A DNA stretch of 57,889 bases, the filler included, from Piptocephalis cylindrospora (lineage: Eukaryota), in NCBI GenBank assembly GCA_003614145.1. It is 2 parts of 2 records of this genome, joined end to end, with 100 filler letters (N's around TTAATTAATTAA, not from the genome) between each part and the next. Parts side by side here need not be neighbours in the genome. Positions count along the whole stretch, not along the records: positions 29,248 to 57,889 come from KZ987759.1; 1 more part is not named here. One strand, given 5' to 3'. How positions within the stretch are numbered: position 1 is the first letter of the stretch; each line of letters opens with the position of its first letter. The notes beneath the pieces were generated by a model. That model saw only the letters and a program-made list of their open reading frames with translations. It ran no database searches and was not told the DNA's origin. Shown one piece after another: positions 49,761-57,889 of the stretch. The position numbers and the translations under genes were made by a program.

Positions 49761-50028
49761 GTGGAAAATAGTGTTCTCGTTCCTTTTCATAAGAAAGATA
49801 ATATCATCTCCCTCTCCCTCCCCCTTTTCCTTCAGTAGAGTAGGGATAAAATGAGGGAAGGGGCCGGGGTAAATGGTGCGGTAATAAAAAAAAGCAACCC
49901 TTTCACCTCAAGATATGCAATAAAACGGGATTACCCCAGTCATAAGATATGATTTTTGTCTTTCTGAATCGATACCTCCCTTTGAATTGTGCTGTCATCC
50001 CATTTGCATTTCCTGACCATCGCGGCCA

Positions 50029-52712
50029 TCAAGGGGATCCCTGGGTTGAAGTGACGGAAGAGGGGGAGGAGGGACCCTCCTTGATCATGACCCAACCTCC
50101 GGACCTTCTCTTGAATGGGCCACTTCCCTCCTCGACAATACGATCGATGGAGGTCCAATGTTGCATCCAAGCCAAGACCTCTTTATGCCACCGAAGGGAG
50201 TTCCTATGAAAACGAGAGGGATGAAGGTAAGGACCAATGGTGAAGCGGAGAGAGTGGGCATGCAGAAAATCTTACGCAGGCTTCAAGACCCAATGGTTCT
50301 CATCGGGAAAGTAGACAAGTTTCGAGGGGATACGCTGACGCTGTAGGGCAGTAAAGGTGGAAAGTCCTTCTCCGTCAACAAGGCGATAATCTAAGGGATG
50401 GGATGAATATGAGAAGAATGTTAAAATTACGAAAAACCCCTCAGGATGATTACATACCCTTCCCTCCATGGATGACAAGGGTGGGGGTTTTCCAATTTTG
50501 AACAAAGTTGGAAGGGCTCCACTTGTTATAGATCTCGGGATTTTCCCAAGGGGTACCGCCAAACTGACAAAGAAAAAGGTGATGAGTTGGGTTACACGCT
50601 GAGAGCCCCTCTCATACTAGATCTTACCTCATGCTCCGGAAAGTACAGCTCCTCAGTGGTATAATAGGTACCAGTGGTACTGAACATGCCATCATGATTG
50701 ACGAGACAGGAGAATCGATCGGTGTGACCGTTAATCCAGTTCATCATGTACCCTCCGTAGCTGGCGCCAAGACCAGCAACCCGGTCAGGGTCTATCCAGG
50801 AGGAGTGAAGGGAGAGGACATGGTCGAGGCCAAGCATGAGATCCTCAAAGGGTGCAGCCCCCCATTGGCCTTGAATGGAATCGGTGAAGGCCTGGCCATA
50901 GCCGGTTGACCCATGGAAGTTAATGGCTAGAACTGCATATCCAGCGGCAGCAAAGATAGCAGGATTCCACCGGGTACTAAAAGAATCCTGGATGGCACCC
51001 TGAGGTCCACCATGAACGATGAAGGCCATGGGGTACTTGGTACCATCACCAGGCCGATATCCATGGGGCTTAAGGAGCCATCCATGTACGGGGTCCCCAT
51101 GTGCTCCGTTGAACCAGACATCCTCAGGCGAGGAAAGGGAAAGGGTACGAAGAGTGGGATCGGACTCATGAGTGAGACGATGAGGAGGGATGAGGGAGAA
51201 AGAAGAGCCATCGCGGGAAAGAATGTCCTCGGCCTTATCCTCGGCCTCTCCACCCTCCCCCAGGCCCAAGGCGTAGAGTTCAGTGGGAGAGGTCATGGAG
51301 CTTTGAGCCAGGAGGAGATAAGGTCCAGAGGCCATGGAATTGGAACTTTCTTGCGCTCCTCCCTGACATGTGGGATGAAGGGCCTTACTGCAACCAAAGA
51401 TGCCGGGCCCACGCCCTAGACTAGCCACACTCTGATCCAAAGGCTGAGGAATAAAGGATACATGAGATATAGAATGATGCCACGTAAGGGGCTCTGGAGT
51501 ATCCACCTCGCCTCTATCTTCTTCCTCAAGGAACAGACGGTAGAGACGATCTCTTCCCTCTTCGGGGACAATGAGAAGCAGAGCATCCGATTCTGGGGAC
51601 CATTTGAGGGATGAGGGAGACCTATCCCAGTTGGGTACGGGGTAGGAGAGAGTGCCAGAGGACCGGTCGAGAAGGACAATCTGGAGACGATCGGCTTCGT
51701 ACTGTGCCCTTGGCATGGAGAGCCAGGCCAAGTACTTCCCATCTGGGGAGTAGGAGGGTTGGGAGCAAGCTCCCTTTGCTTGTGGGCTGACGGATTTGGG
51801 GGGTGAAGAGGCGTCAGTGGGGACAACGTAGATATGCTGCCTGGTCTGCCAAGCCTCCTCACTTCCCGCGGGAACTTTGGCGACAAAGGTAAGCTCTGTG
51901 CCACGGGGGGAGAAGGCGTAGTCAGCGGAATCACCAAAGGGAGCGACCGGGGATTCGTAGGCTGTGCCCTTAAGAAGATCAAGAGGCTTGGCGATCTTCC
52001 CCTCCTTTTGGGCCAGGGACCAGATCTTTGCGTGGCCCGATTCCAGGGAGCCCCAGTCCAATGGGAGGAGGAAGAGGTGAGAGCGGGTCTTGGGGACAAA
52101 GGTATCCCAGTGCCTGACGGGAAGGGCATCAAAGGTAAGGGCAGTGTCATGCCTGGAGGATTCCTCAGATAGTCTTTTGGCCGTCTCTTCCATCGTCGAA
52201 TCGGGGAAGACGTGGGCGGAGAAGGCTAGATAGCCAGATTCACGGTGGAAGGTAAGATTCGCAACATCGATGGGAAAGTGTGTGAGCTGGGTAGGAGAAG
52301 TAACATGTAACCCTGGGCTTGTGCGCCCTTGGGAGGACTGATCAGAGGGCTGAATGATGTCTCTGTCGACACTGATGGTCCAAATGTGGGTGCGTCCCTC
52401 GGAGGTGGAGAGGTAGGCGATGGTAGTGTCATCAAGCCAGATCGGACCATCATCCTTGCGATCCTTGCTAGGAGAGGTAAGATTGATGGCCTTGCGGTCA
52501 CAGAGACGGAGTAGACGAAGAGAGCGCGTACTAGAATTGTCCTCTGGGCTGTACTGGAAGAGTGAGTAGACAACGTAGGTACCGTCCGGAGAGACGGCGG
52601 GCCCAGAGAGACGGGGTAGACACAGCATATCTCGGGGCTCGAGAGGTCTCTTCACATGGGTCGAGGATCGACGGGCCCCCGAGGAGGTGGAGGAGGAGGT
52701 AAAGAGCGGCAT
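50029..52712 (-). CDS. S9-family serine peptidase, dipeptidyl-peptidase V-like (4 exons)
   Basis: Beta-propeller with VRHWD; HGGPQ; catalytic Ser in GASYGG, Asp in GGR|DYRL and His in DENHWVL. Confidence 0.92.
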
Positions 52713-53765
52713 GGAGGAGTAGGAGTAGGAGGTGGCTGGGTGAGAAATGTAAGAAAGAAGGGGCCTTGACCGGGGCAAAGGACAGATGAGGATGGAGGAG
52801 TAAGAAGAAGAGAGAATGTCCGTGGATCTGTGGCCCCATCTCGACCCCGCTAGACGACTGGCTTTATATGTGCTGGGAGCGGAGGATGAGGTGATGGGGG
52901 CGGGGACGATTAAGGAGTAGTGGACAAACAAGCGATGCGGAGCGCAGTTGTACCGGACCGACACTTTCCCACAGTCTTCTAAGATATGACGGCTTAGCAG
53001 TTGGTGGTGGTGGGGTGGAGAGAGTGAGGCGGCAGCAGGCGAAGTGTGTGGCGCAGATGTGTGGGCGTGTCGCTGCACTGGCTGGGTCCCCAACCAGGCG
53101 GCTCTGGTGCAGTAGGGGTTGCCTAGACAGGAGGGAGGGGGAAGGGACCTGGCTGTAGTGTGCCGTAGAGGGCGGTTGTTACTCCTACCACCCCTTGTAC
53201 AAGCCGCCATTGTGTGCACCCAAGAAAGGGAGGTTGGGGAAGGAAGGGTGACCAGTGTGCCAGCGGTCCTGAAGGGCGGTGGTGCTAGACGTAAGCTCAG
53301 AGACGACGAGAACGTCGTGGACGTAGTGAAGGGAGCGAGAGGGTGGAAAGACCACCGCTGCCTCTGAGAATGAGGGATTCTCAGCATACTGGGAGGGGAC
53401 GACGAGAGAAAAGAGAGAGTGAGAGATGGAGGAGAAAATATGTGAAGTGCGGGGAGAAGGGGAAATCATCAGCTGATGCTAGCTCACTCTTCATGAACGC
53501 GTCAAGGTGAGCAGTGAGCTAGGAATTAAAAAAAAACTTTCATCAAAGAATGATCCGAGATGAATCATAGAGTGTGCGATGGATAAGGCTAGGACCCTTT
53601 CCGTCCCATATGACCATTCCGGGAGATAAGTGCAGCCCCTGAATATGCATAAGAATCGAACAATAGGGGGTGAGATGGGTCACAAGAGAATGAACATGAG
53701 GGAGGGAAGGAGCGCATGATATTCCAAGTATCCCCGAGCCATCCATAAAAGTGCTACAGCCCATA

Positions 53766-55549
53766 TCATTCTACCTTGGCCTTGGAAGTATCACGATCCC
53801 CACGTCCACTCCTAGATTCCTTCCACCACTTGATCTCCTGCACTAAGGCAAGGAGAAGGGGAACGGCGATGGGGATGAACAAAGGCATGTACACGGCATA
53901 CTTGTGCTCATCTGGAAAGTACAGCATGGCCACCATGTCCTTGTCAAAGAAGGCCTCCTCGGAGAGGACAAAGGCCTTGGAGGAGGCCTGAAAAGCCTCT
54001 GCCACCCGCCCTTCCTCTGATGCATCACATGCCTATTGTGGGAGGGAATAGAAGGATGAGTTTTTGAGAGGGAAAACTTCTATCTTCCGATCAGATACCC
54101 TACCTTATGCATCCACTCTAAGGCCTCCTCGACCCGATATCGAATGGCATCCTGAACCGGCATGTGCTCCAGGGACTGAACAGATCTGGACAGAGACCCT
54201 AGAGTACTTGCTGCCTTTCTCATAGTCTCCACCATTCTCATTCGTAGCATCCTGTCCTCCTCCCACCCAGTGATTCCTTCTTCACCGGCCTCCTTGATGA
54301 TAATCTGAGCATCTCCTTCAAGACCAGGAGCCTTGAGAGGCTGAACCCCAAGAAGATCCCGAAGCTGAGATCGAAATATGGAGAGGACGGGCTCGAGCTC
54401 AGTCGAGGAGAGTTGGGGAGAGGTGTTCTCCTCCAGCTGATGCAGAACAATCCCGCCCCACTGAGGGATGAGAAAAGCATCTGTCTCGGCCAGGATCCCT
54501 CCCCCATGGGTGTGGATATGCAAGGGACGATGAGCCTTTGCTGGAAGGAAGAGGAGTAGATGAAGCGCCGGTGCCTGAGAGATGGTGGAGGCCAATTGCC
54601 AGTTGGTGGTGTCAATTAGACCAGGAAGCTGGCCTTCCTCATAATACCAATATTCCTTAGAATGAGCCTGCTCCGACGTACTATTGCTCTGACCCTGATA
54701 GTAAGGTTGGATCAAGGGAGTGGTAAAGTACTGGACTTGCGTGGTGATTTCCAGATGAGAGGTATGACCCAGTCGACGTAGAAAAGGAGAGAGCCACTCA
54801 TCCAGAGCAGTTCCAATGTCCCATCCATATACCCGTTCCCGGGGATCTTCAACCATAAGACTGAAGAGGACCTGGTAAGTAGGGGCCCATCGCATCATCA
54901 CCGACTGTCCAGTCCCTTCCTGGTCATGGGATTTCCCGGAGCCTTGGCTCTGTCCCGTACGTTGAAGGATTTTACCTTCCTGGGAAGATAAACCTACCAG
55001 GATGGATGATATCGTGCGGATTATGGAGGTCTGGTGGTAATCGTGCAATCTCACCACCGCTCCCCTCCCCTTCCCAATGACCATGGAGGTCGAGGGGGAA
55101 GAAGAGGCCAAAGGGTATAGGTACAAGGTGTATGATCCAGGGTGCCCCATGCTATCTGCGGCCTTGAGAGCCCTCTCTTCCCCTCCATGAATGGTAATCT
55201 CCCTTGCTTGGACCTTCAAGTCCAATCCCAGCTGGATGGACGCAGTGGCATCAGCGTCGGCTTGAAGGCCTTCCTGGATCCGTTGTCGGGCCATCGCTTC
55301 CACTCCCTTGGCCAGGCCTTCTAGATCCAGTCCCTTAGCCTCTTCCACTTCTAGGGTCACGTGAACGGGGAAAGAGGGTTGTCTTGGCCTCCACTCCTCC
55401 CAAGCTTCCATCTCCTCATGAGGCAGAGTGGCCCGGTAGGTGTAGGTAGTCCAGTACCAAAAAGGGATCCCTAGGAGGACAACGGCCCAAAAGGCCCAGA
55501 CCACACGCGATCGTCGTGGATAAAAGTATGTTTTGGAGAAGTCCGGCAT
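53766..55549 (-). CDS. GPI17: GPI transamidase subunit PIG-S (2 exons)
   Basis: LGIPFWYWTTYTYRATLP, FLIPQWGGIV and SEEAFFDKDMVAMLYFPDEHKYAVYMPLF. Confidence 0.95.
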
Positions 55550-55870
55550 GGAGCAGGATTGTGGGATGAAGAGATGATAAGAGCAGGGGAATGGGCTGGG
55601 AAACAAGGATGATGATGAGCGGGATCTGTCAAAGCGGAGGCATGCACGAATACACACACACACACGACTATGGAGACACAGTTGTGCTTGAGGAGGGTGC
55701 CTTGGAGAGGATAGACGAAGTGTCTTATCAACATGAATGAATTAATCATCAACTCTTCTTTCCTGCACACAATGGGATGGGTCGATAGATAGGTAAAAGC
55801 TGAAAAGTAATCTAAAGATCCTACAATTCTCCCCTTTTTTCCTAGTCATCTGTCATCTCTCCCATCAGCA

Positions 55871-56541
55871 TTATAGCTGATAAGAGCGAAACCGTGCATA
55901 TAAATCATCCGTGGTGGAATCCGTCCCAAGAGAGCCCATTTGAGATGGCCCAGTGCGCTGTGGAGGTGGGGCGGGCTGGGAGGTTTCCCTGATCTGTAAA
56001 GGTCCCTGCTTTACACCCCAGTGCATGGACTGATCGTTCGTTCGATGTCATTCACCATACATTGGGGGGGGGGATCATGTCAGAGAGATGAACTTTCAAT
56101 CACCCTGACTTAAGCCATCACAACTCACCTCAGAGGATACAGAGCGTGCTCTCCATTGCTTGTAGGAAATACGAATCCCACTGGTCCTCCATCGATCATA
56201 CCACTCCCTCTCCTCCTCCTTTCCCAGGATGGACCAGGCACGCTGAACTCGTTCAAAAGCCTCTGGTGCGCCGCTTGACCCTTTTTTATCCGGGTGTAAC
56301 TCTAAAGCAAGCCTCCTATACTCTACAGTGATCTGAGAAGCCTAAATTAAGACGGAAGGGGGGGTGGGGATTTGAGTGATCATACGGCTTTACAGCAGTA
56401 CACTAAACGTCTGGCCCCTCATCCCCCATCGCTAACCCTCAGACCTACCGTGGCCGAAGGAGTACAGTTTAGGATACCATACAGGTCGTCGTCCACATCA
56501 GCCTCCCTCTCCATGTCCTTGATGATCTGGTCGACATTCAT
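55871..56541 (-). CDS. J-domain co-chaperone, DNAJC12/JDP1-like (3 exons)
   Basis: Spliced: DLYGILNC...EYRRLALELHPDK...YDRWRTSGIRISYKQW...SMHW...DDLYARFRSYQL*. Confidence 0.85.
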
Positions 56542-56759
56542 AGTGGTGTTGGTGATGTTGCTGCTATTAGGATGAGTGAAATTGGTGATAGAAGAGAAAA
56601 GTGTGGGAAAATCGGTCTCATTACTACACTGTCGCTTTGTGTCCTTTCTTGTATATATACCCTGTCGAATTTGACCATCAGAGATGCACGTGCTCTTCGT
56701 ATATAAAACCATATGACTCAGCCTATCCATTCGTCCCCATCTCCTCGCCCACCTGTGAA

Positions 56760-57687
56760 TTACAATACCTCTTCAGTAAATGCATCCAGGGAAGGATCAA
56801 CATCACTCACAGCAAGAATCTTCTGACCAAAGTGCTGGCCAAAGCGTGAAAGGACCTTGGGAAGGGCCTGATCAACCTGGATGACCTGGGCACCCTCGTC
56901 TCCATCCCTCTTCATGATCTCTTTGGTCAAAGAGGTGACTCCTTTACCTACTAAACCGCAGGGAACAATGTGGTTATACCACCCGAGATCCACATTGCAA
57001 TTTAAGGCAAATCCATGACTGGTTACATGTCGTCGTACTTGGATGCCTGTCATGACCGAGGAGAAGGTGAGGTATGATTCATGTACCTTATCAAGAAGCA
57101 TCCCACCTACCCATGGCAGCCACTTTATCCTCCTTGACCCATACGCCCGTGTCCGGGGAGGTGCTTGCCTTGATCTTGAAATCCGAGCATACATCGATCA
57201 ATACTTGCTCCACCTTTTCGACGTAAGCCCTAACACCCAGCTATACAAGGAATGGTAAGGAATAATGGATAAAAACGCCTACACCATGATGGGTCGCGCG
57301 CTTACTTTGTAAGATGGAAGGGATAGGATGGGATATCCCACCAGTTGTCCAGGCCCATGAAAGGTGGTTAGACCTCCTCGTGGAGTCTATGACACAGGGA
57401 GATAAGCATAGTCACACATATCCCCTTCAGCACCACCATAATATCACCTCTATAAACTCGGCTCCCAGAGATTCTAACCGCCTCTTCTCCTCCGGATCCG
57501 TCTTTCCAAGGAACCGTCGTCCCGTCGTGTAGGTGGGTGGGTGTTGAAGAAGAAGGAGTAAGTCCGTCCCCATCTCAGCCCCGCCTGCCTTTATCCGCTC
57601 TATCCTGCGCGTCACCAGGGCCTCCTGGAGCCTTAAGGCTTTTGTGTAAGACACAAGCGGAATGTACTTATAGGCTAGACGGGACAT
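56760..57687 (-). CDS. LIP2: Lipoyl(octanoyl) transferase LipB/LIPT2 (multi-exon)
   Basis: LLLLQHPPTYTTGRR, TFHGPGQLVGYP and GIQVRRHVTSHGFALNCNVDLGWYNHIVPCGL. Confidence 0.93.
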
Positions 57688-57889
57688 GCTTGGCCTAAAG
57701 AGGTTTGTCCAGAGCGAGGAGCCTGTCGGCGATAGGAGGAGGATGAAGCCTGCTTTTATTCATCAATAAACAGGGAAGAGGCACACAAATCCCTCTGTTG
57801 TCATCTCACATGTGTTTGTGCATCGAATTCACTGTGAAAGCCCAGTTTGAGCTGTTGCAGTAGCAAGTGCCCTCGCTCTTACCTTCTTT

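Noticed and set aside
52713..53387. 225-codon N-terminal extension of the S9 peptidase (931-aa ORF)
   Set aside because: The sequence is not homologous to the family, and a TATA-like CATATAAAG at ~52861-52870 on the minus strand followed by a pyrimidine-rich leader supports the ATG at 52712

Overview
Eukaryotic genomic DNA from a gene-dense fungus with short introns. The gene set (S2P protease, UBE2T, Mago nashi, DNAJC12, TRAPPC13, SLF2-like) points to an early-diverging fungus; Zoopagomycota such as Piptocephalis is my inference and is untested. I assembled about 26 protein-coding genes by hand from GT-AG junctions. Housekeeping genes: HEM1, SPC24, PRE9, a PAP2 phosphatase, UBE2T, IDH2, S2P, TRAPPC13, an MFS transporter, SLF2-like, VMA4, Mago, a partial mitochondrial GluRS, MOCS1A/B, ELP6, a telobox Myb protein, DPP5-like, GPI17, DNAJC12 and LIP2. 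Secreted accessory genes: a QGGY-repeat protein, a ricin-like lectin candidate, a Ser/Gly/Asp-repeat protein and two tandem multicopper oxidases. An artificial 100-bp gap with a TTAATTAATTAA linker lies at 29148-29247. The most notable observations are: (1) a MOCS1A-stop-MOCS1B locus where one intron would put both ORFs in frame; (2) a secreted protein with Sup35-like QNQGGY repeats, and a laccase-like oxidase carrying similar GGY repeats; (3) a UBE2T with a ~400-aa tail containing repeated RLGL motifs; (4) two unexplained structured non-coding segments near IDH2. I recognised no tRNA, rRNA, CRISPR array or intact transposon. All exon coordinates are hand-derived.
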